A stretch of 64,000 nucleotides of DNA from a virus (taxonomy: Duplodnaviria > Caudoviricetes). Positions within the stretch are counted from its first letter, which is position 1, and each line of letters begins with the position of its first letter. The translations under genes were made by a program, and so were the position numbers. The stretch is taken from IMG/VR virus record IMGVR_UViG_3300028048_000069, positions 72,047 through 136,046 of that record; one strand, given 5' to 3'. The notes beneath the pieces were generated by a model, which did not search any database, was not told the DNA's origin, and worked only from the letters and a program-made list of their open reading frames with translations. This document shows, piece by piece, positions 20,407-30,889 of the stretch.

Positions 20407-21029
20407 ATGAAAGAAGTAAAGTTTTATTATTTATGTTCTGAACGTGCACATGAAGAACATATTTGTATAAATAATCCGAAGTTTGATTATAGATATTTTA
20501 GACCTTTAGAAGGAATAGAAATATATACAAATATGGAAGAATTAAATAGAAATTTCCATAATTGGTGTATTAGAAATCATAAAGATACCGCTTATATTGG
20601 CGAAATAGTATTTAAACCAGGAAAGCATGTAGAATTAGTAACTAGCTATAAAGATTATAAGGAGAAAGAAAAATGACATTAGGAGAACTAATTGATGCTT
20701 TAAAATCATTTCCAAAAGATTACTTAGTTGTTATTAAACCATATGATTTAATTCCTCATAGTTTTACTTCTTATCGTGGATATTATGAACAATTAGCATT
20801 AGAGTATGATGTCGAAGGACATTGTACAGTTGAAGATTTATTAAAGATTGCTAAAAAAGTCGTTGGAAAAGAACTTATGGGATATAAGGGCGGAAATTTT
20901 TTAATGACTAAAAATACACCAGTATGGATCTCAAACTATGGAAATACATCTAATATGTTATTAACCAAAGTAGAAAGTCCTTTTACAGGTTATGTATATC
21001 TTTATGGAGAATATAGGGAGATTGCTTAA
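20407..21029 (+). other. Two hypothetical ORFs (20407-20676, 20673-21029)
   Basis: ORF track; the second has an MTLGELI..L / SYRGYY..LA / GYKGG.F pattern common in phages. Confidence 0.55.
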
Positions 21030-21030
21030 T

Positions 21031-22395
21031 ATGGAACATTATTTAGATTATTTATTAAGATTTGTAACTGAATTAAGAAGTACTAATTCTCGTATTTTAA
21101 AAGAAGAGATATTAGCTAAATGGTGGAAAGAGTATTTAGATATGTATGCTAAAAATAATGATAATGAACCTTTAGCTTCATTGTTAAATTTATTCAGATA
21201 TGTATATAATTATGATACTCAATACTATATTACTTCTGCTAATATTTTAAAGAAAGATTTAACTGAAAAAGGTTTATTTGCGGGTAAAAATTATCCTTTA
21301 TTATGGGACTTATTAGATGATTTATCTAATAGAGTTATTACTGGTCATCAAGCAATAATGGCGGTACAACAATTCTTAAAGGAATTACATAACGAAAAAT
21401 GGGAACAACTTGTATTGGATATTATTGATAAAGATCTTAAATGTGGTTTATCTGAAGTAACTATTAACAAAGTATGCGGTAATGTTATTAAAACCTATGA
21501 TTGCTGCTTGGCTCAAAAATTTGATGCTAAAAAGCATATTTTAACATCAGATTGGGTTATTGAAAGAAAATTGGATGGTGCTAGAGTTCAAATAATCAAT
21601 AAAAATGGGCAAATTAGAGCATTTTCAAGGCAGGGTAAGGAATTTACTACCCTAGGCAAGGTAATTGATGAATTAAGCGGTAAAATGCCTAATAATACAG
21701 TATTTGATGGGGAAGTGTGCCTTGTAGATGAAAAAGGATTAGAAAGTTTTCAAGGCATTATGAAAGAAATAAAGCGCAAAGACCATACCATTGAAAACCC
21801 ATTAGTATTATGCTTTGATATGCTTACATTAGAAGAATTTGAAAATAAAAAGGGAACTACCCACTATACTGCTCGTATGGAAAGGTTAAAAGAATGGTAT
21901 AATTTACAGAAATGGAATACCCAAAACAAAGTAGCCAAACATTTATCTATTGTAAATTACGAATATTACAGTCCTAAAGTATTGGAAGAATGGAGTAAGA
22001 GAGTACAAAAATATGGTTGGGAAGGTTTAATGTTTCGTAAAGATGTAGGCTATGAAGGTAAAAGAACTAATAACCTTTTAAAGTTCAAATCCTTTTTAGA
22101 TGCTGAATTTAGAGTGGAAGCAATAGAAGAAGGTGATGCTCAAGAACTTATTGATGGTAAAATGGTTAAGATTAAATGTGTAGGTTCTTTAATTATTAAC
22201 TATAAAGGCAGTAAGGTCGGAGTTGGTACTGGTTTATCATTGGCGCAAAGAAAGAGATGGTATGAGCATCCAGAAGAAATTATTGGAAAGCAAATTTGCG
22301 TAAAATTCTTTGAAGAAACTATAGACCAAAATGGTAATCCTTCATTAAGGTTTCCAGTATTAAAGTTTATATTTGACGAGGATAGAGATGTATGA
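21031..22395 (+). CDS. ATP-dependent DNA ligase
   Basis: Motif I ERKLDGAR, FSRQGK, FDGE, FD, EGLMFR, LLKFK, VGTG, SLRFP. Start moved from 20992. Confidence 0.93.
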   Translation: MEHYLDYLLRFVTELRSTNSRILKEEILAKWWKEYLDMYAKNNDNEPLASLLNLFRYVYNYDTQYYITSANILKKDLTEKGLFAGKNYPLLWDLLDDLSNRVITGHQAIMAVQQFLKELHNEKWEQLVLDIIDKDLKCGLSEVTINKVCGNVIKTYDCCLAQKFDAKKHILTSDWVIERKLDGARVQIINKNGQIRAFSRQGKEFTTLGKVIDELSGKMPNNTVFDGEVCLVDEKGLESFQGIMKEIKRKDHTIENPLVLCFDMLTLEEFENKKGTTHYTARMERLKEWYNLQKWNTQNKVAKHLSIVNYEYYSPKVLEEWSKRVQKYGWEGLMFRKDVGYEGKRTNNLLKFKSFLDAEFRVEAIEEGDAQELIDGKMVKIKCVGSLIINYKGSKVGVGTGLSLAQRKRWYEHPEEIIGKQICVKFFEETIDQNGNPSLRFPVLKFIFDEDRDV

Positions 22396-22765
22396 TAGTG
22401 GAGTTTATTGAATCATTGGGTCCTAATAATGATGAAGTTAAAATAAAAGAAACAATAGAAAATTATACTAAAAATGGTTATAAACTAAAGGAGTTCAAGT
22501 ATATAGATTATTCAAGGGATAATGAATATTATACAAATAGGTTCATTTTAATCTTTGATAAATAAGTTTTAGTATAATATAAATATGCCAAATCTATCCG
22601 CCAATATTAGCATATTTATAAACAAATTAGTGTATAGGGAAGAAGGTAATCCGATATGCTATACTGTATATAGGGAAAAGAGTATATGGTATAAAATATT
22701 TGATACCTTCTTTTTTTGGCAAAATCAGCATTGTAGAAAAGTATATTTGATGAAGAGGATTCATA

Positions 22766-23368
22766 ATGCTAATAAACAATAAAAATGTTTTCTTTTATGC
22801 AGACCCTCATTTCGGTCATAAAAATGTTATTAGATATTGCAACAGACCATTTACTAGCGTAAGTGAGATGAATACCCAACTTATTAAAAATTTTAATAAG
22901 GTTGTAACAAATAGTGATGTTGTATATATTTTGGGTGATGTATCATTTTTGAATACCACTAGCACAACTGAGATAGTTAAATCTCTAAAGGGTTATAAGA
23001 TTTTGGTTAAAGGAAACCATGATAACAAATCCAATACAGCATACCGCAAGATGGGGTTTATGGAAGTGTATGATAGACCTGTTATTTTCAATATACAATA
23101 CATTCTTTCCCACGAGCCGATTATTGATGAACTGTACGAGAACTCTGGGTTTATAAATATCTACGGACACATTCACAATAACGCGGTTAATAACAGCAAT
23201 AATAAATTCTGCGTATCGGTTGAATCGATAGATTACAAACCTATTAGTTTTGAAGATATTAAAACAGAACTTAGAAAGCCGAAAGGGTTGGGTAGTCCGT
23301 ACTATGTACCTAGATGTGATTTGTTTAGTTATACGGGGGAAATGGATGAAAATAGCAATTGTAGGTAG
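22766..23368 (+). CDS. Calcineurin-like phosphoesterase
   Basis: ADPHFGH, LGD, GNHD, SHEP, GHIH. Confidence 0.88.
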   Translation: MLINNKNVFFYADPHFGHKNVIRYCNRPFTSVSEMNTQLIKNFNKVVTNSDVVYILGDVSFLNTTSTTEIVKSLKGYKILVKGNHDNKSNTAYRKMGFMEVYDRPVIFNIQYILSHEPIIDELYENSGFINIYGHIHNNAVNNSNNKFCVSVESIDYKPISFEDIKTELRKPKGLGSPYYVPRCDLFSYTGEMDENSNCR

Positions 23369-23906
23369 CCATGGAGTAGGTAAAACATCTTTAATGAATA
23401 AAATGGAAAGTGATATATATTTCTGCGATTATACATTTTATCCAGAGGCAGTAAGAGAAGTGAGTAGAGTTGGATTTCCTTATAATGAAGCAAGTACCGA
23501 TTGTTCTCAACTCGCTATGTTAGCATTACATCTACTTCATGTGGAAAGAGATACTGATATGGTAACAGATAGATTTATTGTAGATGGTTTAATTTACTCA
23601 CAAATTTTACGATCAAAAGGCTCTGAAATAAGTAAAGATTGTATAGATATATTAAGAACTTATTGGGATAAATATAAAGATAAAATAGACCTATATGTAT
23701 ATTGTCCAGCAGAATGGGAAATTAAAAATGATAACTTTAGAATGACCGATACCTATATGAGAGATATGATTTCTACATTGATGCTCGCGCAGTTATATAT
23801 GGATATTCCAAAAGAAAAATTCTTAATTGTACATGGCGAAACAGACCAAAGGAAAGAGCAAGTTAAACAATATGTTAAATCGTTAAGAGGTGAACTAAAT
23901 GTGTAA
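23346..23906 (+). CDS. P-loop nucleotide kinase (NadR/AAA_28-like)
   Basis: KIAIVGSHGVGKTS, E..R, TDR..VD, D.FR. Confidence 0.75.
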   Translation: MKIAIVGSHGVGKTSLMNKMESDIYFCDYTFYPEAVREVSRVGFPYNEASTDCSQLAMLALHLLHVERDTDMVTDRFIVDGLIYSQILRSKGSEISKDCIDILRTYWDKYKDKIDLYVYCPAEWEIKNDNFRMTDTYMRDMISTLMLAQLYMDIPKEKFLIVHGETDQRKEQVKQYVKSLRGELNV

Positions 23907-24094
23907 ACAATTACATCCCTCATTAGTTATAGATGATGTTATAGAGTTTTTACAGAGAACAATTGAATTTAATGAAAATTATTTAAAACGTATGCCTGAT
24001 GGATGTCATAATTCATATGGGGCAGGAGAAGCAATAGGCTGTAAGAATACAGCAAAAGAAATTTTACATTTAATTGAAACAGGAGAATATCCAG

Positions 24095-24379
24095 ATGATT
24101 GAACTTACAGAATCAAATTTTAATAAAGAAGTAGTAGAATATAAGGGTAAGGTAATAATTGATGTATGGGCAAATTGGTGTGGTAGATGTAAAATGATTA
24201 AACCAACCTATGCTCAAAAAGCGACAGAAAATAAAGATTATAAATTTTGTACATTAGATGCTGATGCTAATCAAGCCTTATGTGGAGTATTAACTATTAC
24301 CAATTTACCCACCTTTATCATTTATGAAGATGGTAAAGAAATTAAACGTGGTGGCGCAGAAGTATTGGAGACTTTATGA
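24095..24379 (+). CDS. Thioredoxin
   Basis: WANWCGRCK, LPTF; start moved from 24074. Confidence 0.88.
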   Translation: MIELTESNFNKEVVEYKGKVIIDVWANWCGRCKMIKPTYAQKATENKDYKFCTLDADANQALCGVLTITNLPTFIIYEDGKEIKRGGAEVLETL

Positions 24380-24967
24380 AATTATTATATTGTTATATAG
24401 CATTTGCTTATGGATATGGGTTATATATGATGGGGGAAATCCATGATGAGATAAGTTATGAATATAGATATGATGTAAATAATTATAGAAAAGCCTTATT
24501 TCATAATATATTGATATTTATGATATTTCCTATTATTTGGCCTTTTGTAATTATATGTGGATGGATTAATGATTTAAAAGACATAATTAAGAGGTAATCC
24601 TATGGAAATTAATACTTATACTTTAAGAAAAAATAATGATGAGTTTTCAAATTTAACTGAAAATCAGTTAATGGCTATTGCAAATCTCTGTATGGATTAT
24701 TATAAAAAAGGCGAAAGTGATGCTATCGATGATGCCTATGAAGATAAGCAAGACGAGATAGATGAGTTAGAAGATAAAGTATCGGAATTAGAAGACCAAG
24801 TTGAAGAATATAGTAGATTAACAGATAAATATGAAGATTTAGTAAAAGATATTTATAGTGCAAATGATATAGAAGAAGCGCAAGGATTGATTAGAGATTT
24901 CGCTGACTTTGAAAGATATAATTATAGATGGGAAGATTGGTTAAAAAATGATAATAACTCAAAGTGA
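24376..24967 (+). other. Membrane hypothetical (24376-24597) and acidic coiled-coil hypothetical (24602-24967)
   Basis: ORF track; amino-acid composition. Confidence 0.5.
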
Positions 24968-25490
24968 TAGAAATTTCTATAATGCCCAAAAGGATAATTA
25001 TACCCACATTATTTCTATTGTATGCCCAGATGAAAAAGAAATTGTGGAGCCGCTTCACGACAAACATTATATAGTAAAAATGTGGGATATAGATAAGCCA
25101 CTTAAAAATAAGTTTAGAACTTATAACCCACCATCATTTTTAGAAGTTAATTCTGCTATTGTATGGGCTTGTAAAAGATGGGAAGAAGCGGTAAGAAACA
25201 ATGAGTTCTATAAATTATTGATACATTGTGATGCTGGTATTAGTAGAAGTCCAGCCATTCTATTAGGTATATTATGGAAAATGAGCGAACTTGTTTTTAA
25301 TGAATGTCCTAAAGACTGGATTATGAAATCCTATTTGGATGCGAGAAAACAATGGTGTATTTCATATTTAGATTGGAATAATTCTATTGCATTGAAACGA
25401 TTTATTGAAGGTCGATTAAATCCAGGCATAAAACCTAATCAAGCAATATTACAGATTTTTAGAAAAGAATTATCCTATTTCCCTTGGTAA
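24948..25490 (+). CDS. Cys-dependent protein tyrosine / dual-specificity phosphatase
   Basis: LIHCDAGISRS (CX5R) and a C-terminal PN. Confidence 0.85.
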   Translation: MIITQSDRNFYNAQKDNYTHIISIVCPDEKEIVEPLHDKHYIVKMWDIDKPLKNKFRTYNPPSFLEVNSAIVWACKRWEEAVRNNEFYKLLIHCDAGISRSPAILLGILWKMSELVFNECPKDWIMKSYLDARKQWCISYLDWNNSIALKRFIEGRLNPGIKPNQAILQIFRKELSYFPW

Positions 25491-25671
25491 CTATGAAAAT
25501 TAAAAAGGCGCGTAAAATATGGAATATGACTTTAAGAAGTAAATCGTTACATTGGAATAGAAATACTTTTAGAAAAGCGATGGATATTGCTCATACTCAT
25601 TTTCTTATAATGAAAATACGCAGACCAAATGAATTTGAAAATATGAAAGATTGGGTATTTAGGAAATAATT

Positions 25672-26409
25672 ATGTTTGAACTTTATAATGGCGATTGTAT
25701 TGAAGTAATGAATAGTCTAATACAAAAAGGGACTAAAGTTGATGCCATCATTACAGATATTCCCTATGGAACCACTTCGTGCTCGTGGGATATTATCATA
25801 CCTTTTGACAAGATGTGGAATTGTATTAGAAAAATTAGAAAGGAAAACACTCCTACTTTGTTGTTTGGCAATGAGCCCTTTAATAGTTACTTGCGAATAT
25901 CAAATATCAAAGAATATAAATATGACATTTATTGGCAAAAAGAAAGAGTTACAAACATATTTCAGTTAAAGAAACGCCCTGGAAAAATTATTGAGATTAT
26001 AAATGTTTTTTATGACAAACAATGTACCTATAATCCACAAATGACAAAACATGAAGGACCATTGAGAAGCAATAAAATCAAAAATGGGAAATTAGGTCTT
26101 TTGGTAGATTCGCAGAATAGAAAACCTTTTGAATATAAAGATACTGGGAAACGATATCCTTTGCAAATAGTACATTTTAAGAGAGATATTTTATCCTCAA
26201 ATCTGCATCCCACCCAAAAGCCATTAGAACTGATGAAATATTTAGTAAAAACCTATTCCAATGAAAACGATACCATTTTAGATTTTACAATGGGTAGTGG
26301 TACTACTGGAGTTGCTTGTAAACAATTAAATAGAAATTTTATCGGAATAGAATTAGATACTAATTATTTTAATATTGCTAAAAATAGGATAGAAAAATGT
26401 TCGAATTAG
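25672..26409 (+). CDS. DNA methyltransferase (N6A/N4C, beta class)
   Basis: GDC, TDIPYG, HPTQKP, LDFTMGSGTTG, FIGIE. Confidence 0.93.
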   Translation: MFELYNGDCIEVMNSLIQKGTKVDAIITDIPYGTTSCSWDIIIPFDKMWNCIRKIRKENTPTLLFGNEPFNSYLRISNIKEYKYDIYWQKERVTNIFQLKKRPGKIIEIINVFYDKQCTYNPQMTKHEGPLRSNKIKNGKLGLLVDSQNRKPFEYKDTGKRYPLQIVHFKRDILSSNLHPTQKPLELMKYLVKTYSNENDTILDFTMGSGTTGVACKQLNRNFIGIELDTNYFNIAKNRIEKCSN

Positions 26410-27053
26410 ATAGACAAGGTATATGGGAATGTTGGCAATTAGAAGATGATAGTATTGTATTAGTAGATTTAATACAAGAGCCACAACCAGATGTTACCCA
26501 TTATTACGAAAAGAAAATTAAGAAACGATTAGGATTTGCTACAGATAGAAGAAGTGCAGATAATATGTACCAGCAATTTAAAAATGGTTTTGTTGATAAT
26601 GAAGTAGAACTTGAACAACATATTGATGATGGAATAAATATTGGCTATTGGAAATATAGGAGTAAATAAATGAGTCCAGATATGTGCCCAGATTTAATTT
26701 GCGATTTAGATGCCGAAGATTATTCGTTCACATCTTTAAAATATAAGCAATCAGATATAGATAAAACTTTGGCTTATTGTACTAATATGGAATTAGATAT
26801 TTTAAGAGTAAATAAAGATGGTATTTATGGTTTTTGTTATGGAAAAATAAACTACAAACAATCCATTAAATATTGGAGTAGGGAACGAGCCAAATACAAA
26901 AAGTTAATGAAGAAACTAAAAGACCATCATTTAAAGGGTTGTAATCAATATAACGATTATGAACATTTATATTTTAATGCAGAAGATATGATGAACCAAG
27001 TAAGGTTTATGCGTAAGAATAAGTATCAAGAATATAAGTTAATGGTAAATTAA
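26397..27053 (+). other. Two hypothetical ORFs (26397-26669, 26670-27053)
   Basis: ORF track. Confidence 0.5.
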
Positions 27054-27190
27054 ATATGATTTATTATATACCTTATAATTGCTGTACTTTTGATAGTGCT
27101 TTAGAAGGATTTATAGCAACATTATTAGTAATAGGTTTTTTAGTTTGGGTTCATTATAATAGATAATCAAATTTAAGTGAATAACTTAAA

Positions 27191-27220
27191 CCCACTTCGG
27201 TGGGAATTTTCCCGAAAGGG
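27191..27220 (+). other. Tandem tetraloop hairpins (cUUCGg and GAAA)
   Basis: CCCAC-TTCG-GTGGG, then AATTTT, then CCC-GAAA-GGG, in an AT-rich intergenic gap. Confidence 0.6.
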
Positions 27221-27244
27221 CTAGAAAGAAGAGAGAAGTAAAGT

Positions 27245-27805
27245 ATGTTAAATAAAAATGCAATAACAATAGTAACACCAGCGTATCTTCCCGCAGAGGA
27301 ATATACATTAGATGAAGCAATAAACTTTTTTATTCGAGAATTAGATAGAAGAGTTTATTGTGTTTATAATGTAGTTCAAGAAGTAGAAGAGGCTCATCTA
27401 AATGGGATGGAAGTAACATTAGATTCAGCAAAACATGCTGAATTTATTAAAAAGAATATGTATTCAGTAGGATTTTATAAAGCCATAGATTCTGCTGCTT
27501 ACTTATGTAAAACATCCGATAATAGACCTGTATTTAATAATTATAGGTTTAGTATCAATCCTAAAAGCATCAACTTTGAAAGTTGTATCAGTGATATAAA
27601 AGAAAGATATTTATACCACGATAAACCATCATTAGAAGAATGTGAACATGGACCAATTCCAGAAAATAAATCAAAAAAAGTTTGGACTATGAAATATATA
27701 CCAAATTGGGAAGATTTATTTGGTAAAGGAGAATTTCCATTTATTCATATTGTCTTATTTAGATTAGGCAATAACGAATATTATGGCGCAGAGTTCACAA
27801 GATAA
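27245..27805 (+). CDS. Hypothetical protein
   Basis: 186 aa ORF flanked by hairpins. Confidence 0.55.
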   Translation: MLNKNAITIVTPAYLPAEEYTLDEAINFFIRELDRRVYCVYNVVQEVEEAHLNGMEVTLDSAKHAEFIKKNMYSVGFYKAIDSAAYLCKTSDNRPVFNNYRFSINPKSINFESCISDIKERYLYHDKPSLEECEHGPIPENKSKKVWTMKYIPNWEDLFGKGEFPFIHIVLFRLGNNEYYGAEFTR

Positions 27806-27834
27806 TATTTTCCAGCTTCGGAAACATTGAACTA

Positions 27835-27866
27835 TTATTGGGTGGTTAATAGCGACCACCCAATAA
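27835..27866. terminator. Long inverted repeat, probable terminator
   Basis: TTATTGGGTGGT / ACCACCCAATAA, 12 bp stem. Confidence 0.65.
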
Positions 27867-27870
27867 ATTA

Positions 27871-27900
27871 TTGACTTTTTGTACAAAAATTTAGTATAGT
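27871..27900 (+). promoter_or_regulatory. sigma70-like promoter TTGACT-N18-TATAGT
   Basis: Immediately after the terminator; AAGGAGGT SD before the ATG at 27934. Confidence 0.65.
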
Positions 27901-28140
27901 ATATTTGATGGGATTATAAAAGGAGGTAGTACAATGATTATTTCAAATACCTGTGTAGTAACATTAAGTCAATTATTAGAATGGCAAACAAAGTTATTGC
28001 AAACACAAAAAGAAGCTTTAAATATTGCTGTTAAAGAAAATAATGAAACAGTAAAGGCATTTTATATTAATAACTCTGAAGTTATTCAGAATCAATTAGA
28101 TTTACTTAATAGACTAATTGAACAAGCGAAGGTAGCATAA

Positions 28141-28344
28141 ATGACAGTAAAGTTACCTATTGATATGCCTAAAGATTGTTGGCATTGTAAATTCGCGCAG
28201 AAAAATTTAGTTACCGAAACTAGTACTTGTTGGCTAATATTCTTATTTAGAAAATATGTATGGGATCCTCCCTGTTTTATTCAAATAGGCGAGAAGGATG
28301 CAGAATGCCCTTTAATAGAGGTAGAAGATGATACTAATAAATAG
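28141..28344 (+). CDS. MPKxCxxC...CPL family (copy 2)
   Basis: IDMPKDCWHCKF...C...ECPLIEV. Confidence 0.65.
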   Translation: MTVKLPIDMPKDCWHCKFAQKNLVTETSTCWLIFLFRKYVWDPPCFIQIGEKDAECPLIEVEDDTNK

Positions 28345-28757
28345 TTTGATATGTATATTAAGTCTTTTGGCAATGATGGTAGTTACAGTATTAATTGCTT
28401 GGCCTATGCTACTTCTTATAGGAAAGTATTGTAAATGGTGTTACGAGAAAATAATTGGTACAGATCCATACGAGGAATACGATGATAGAAGATATTAAAA
28501 GCAGATGCAGTGAAAGTTGGGGTTTCAGATGGATTTGACTTATTTTGACCTATTGGCATTACTAATTTTATTATTATTTATTATTATGATGCCTATTGTG
28601 ATGTTGTTATTTAAGGAGGAATAATGATAAGTATTTATGGGGAAAATGAAGAAGTATTTATTAGAACGACCTATAATGGTAAGTACTATCAAATAGATGA
28701 TGGTTCTGACTATTTATTAAATCAAATACATATTATATTACAAAATGGCGGTAAAAT

Positions 28758-29498
28758 ATGGAAATAAATAACTTTTATCAACTTGAAAATTTATTAGAAT
28801 TTAAAGAAGGTTCTTATTATAAATTTATTGCCTTGATTAGAGCCAAAGATAATTCTGGTGTTATTGATACAAAAGAACGCGGAGAAATCTTTGTAAGACA
28901 ATGGTTCGTAGATAGTAATCAATCTTTATTAAAGTATAGAGAAGATATGATTAATCTCTGTAAAGCCACAGGCGCTAGATTATATGTTACTACAGATAGA
29001 AAATCTGTAAAGAAAACAGTATTTAAAATGTTAGAGCAATTGAATGATATAATTAAACAATTTGTTTTCAGTTCATATGCTTGCGTATCTTTAAGAAAAT
29101 TATCTAAATTTAGTTCATCTGCATCTTCTTTAGCCGAATGTAGTGATGGAAATAAATATTGGTTAATTGATATAGACGATAAAGATGGAATAGGCGACGA
29201 TAAAGTAAACCAACTCTCACAAGATTTTGAATATATATTTCCTGATAAAAAGATTATTAGATTCAAAACAGTTAATGGTTGGCATCTTTTAATTAAAAGA
29301 GATTTTGATTATAGAGCAGAATTTGCTAAACGATGGCAAAAAGCTAAAGATGGTCTAGAAGATCAAGATGGAATGAAACGTTTATTTTATATTCAACAAG
29401 AGGAAGTATTTAGACGATTATGGAGATATAGAAGTAATTATGAAGATAAAGAAAATGCTTTAACACTTGTATATTTTAATAACGAGGCAACAAAATGA
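28758..29498 (+). CDS. Hypothetical protein with AEP (primase-polymerase)-like motifs
   Basis: WLIDIDD and KTVNGWHLL resemble AEP motifs I (DxD) and II (sxxGxH). Confidence 0.35.
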   Translation: MEINNFYQLENLLEFKEGSYYKFIALIRAKDNSGVIDTKERGEIFVRQWFVDSNQSLLKYREDMINLCKATGARLYVTTDRKSVKKTVFKMLEQLNDIIKQFVFSSYACVSLRKLSKFSSSASSLAECSDGNKYWLIDIDDKDGIGDDKVNQLSQDFEYIFPDKKIIRFKTVNGWHLLIKRDFDYRAEFAKRWQKAKDGLEDQDGMKRLFYIQQEEVFRRLWRYRSNYEDKENALTLVYFNNEATK

Positions 29499-29677
29499 TA
29501 CAGATAAATATGGAAATGCCGAAAAGTTGCTATGCCTGTAAGTTTCTTAGTGGTACTTATGGTGAACATTTTTATTGTATGCTAAATGAAGAAATCAAAT
29601 TAGAGATACAAGAACGAATTTATCAATACTCAGATAAAAGGCATCCGCATTGTCCCCTTCAGGAAGTAAAGGAGTGA
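29495..29677 (+). CDS. MPKxCxxC...CPL family (copy 3)
   Basis: MEMPKSCYACKF...YC...RHPHCPLQEV. Confidence 0.65.
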   Translation: MIQINMEMPKSCYACKFLSGTYGEHFYCMLNEEIKLEIQERIYQYSDKRHPHCPLQEVKE

Positions 29678-30049
29678 TTTATGAGTGTAGAAAAGTTTAT
29701 TAAAATGTTTATTCTTTGTATTGTATTGTTTGGCTTATTTTTAATTGGCATTGGCGAGTGTTTGGACTATATATCTTGTAAACAAAAAGCAGAATTTTAC
29801 AAAAATACTTGGATATATGTTTATAAATTTCCTGCTGGATGTTTAATGACACCTATAAAGGAGTGAGAGTATGAAATCATATTATGTTGTAATGGAAAGT
29901 GAACAGAGGTTTGGTCAGACTATTCGTAAATCGTTTTTTCATAAGGCGCTGAATGATGTGCGTCTTGTAACAGAACTACAAAGGGATAATCCTGGTTATA
30001 TGATTTTATTCTTTAAGGAGTTAGACGTTGTGTATGATGGAGAGAAATA

Positions 30050-30358
30050 ATGATTAAATTAACGGTATGTTTTCCTTATGAAACTGAAGAAATAAAAGAT
30101 CCATTTCTTAATACACATTGGTATAAATGGAGAGAAAGAGAGGAATATTTCAATCCAGATTATATTATTAATTTTAAAGCGTGTAATCATACCACAAAAG
30201 ATTTGCAGAAAATGTGTTTAAATGATGAAAATTTTAATACTGTAATGTTTGTAAATGGTTTTAAAGATATTATTAGAATTAAAGAAACGCCAAAACAAAT
30301 TGTAAAATTGATTAGAGGAAAACAAATATGGAAGAAAGATGCCCTAGATGTAAAATAG
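30050..30358 (+). CDS. FlbD-like small protein
   Basis: MIKLT...YFNPDYI...T.....NG....IKETPKQIVKLI. Confidence 0.45.
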   Translation: MIKLTVCFPYETEEIKDPFLNTHWYKWREREEYFNPDYIINFKACNHTTKDLQKMCLNDENFNTVMFVNGFKDIIRIKETPKQIVKLIRGKQIWKKDALDVK

Positions 30359-30441
30359 TTATGCATGAAAATGAAGTAGGTCAATATGTTTGCCCATTAT
30401 GTAAATTGGCCAGGTGGAATTAAAATTATAGGGGGATAATT

Positions 30442-30885
30442 ATGCCAAAAATAATGATAAAAGGAATGAAAATGCCGAAAAGCTGTAGAAAATGCCCTTT
30501 TACAGCATATATACAACCAGAAGATTATAGATGTGTTATAACAGATCAAAATGTATTCTTTGTTAAAAAGGATGAAAGGGATTTAATATGTCCATTATGT
30601 GAAGTAAATGAGAGTGAGGATATGAAATTAGCTTGGCTACCTGAAGGCGAAGATAAAAGATACTGCTTATTTTTAATAAAAGATGATGGGGTAAAGATAA
30701 AAATTAAAGACCCAAAATACATGGAAAATAATAAAACTTGTACTAATTGTATTCACTATAAAGTAGACGAAATAAATACAGTTGATAAAAGTAATCCGCG
30801 TGGTATTTGTTATGCTTTACCAGTAACAACTGTCGTTCGCCACAGAGAAATGCCCTGTATTTATTATAAAGAGAAAGAGGACTAG
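30442..30885 (+). CDS. MPKxCxxC...CPL family (copy 4) fused to a second Cys module
   Basis: MKMPKSCRKCPF...C...ICPLCEV, then CTNCIHY...C...C. Confidence 0.6.
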   Translation: MPKIMIKGMKMPKSCRKCPFTAYIQPEDYRCVITDQNVFFVKKDERDLICPLCEVNESEDMKLAWLPEGEDKRYCLFLIKDDGVKIKIKDPKYMENNKTCTNCIHYKVDEINTVDKSNPRGICYALPVTTVVRHREMPCIYYKEKED

Positions 30886-30889
30886 GACT

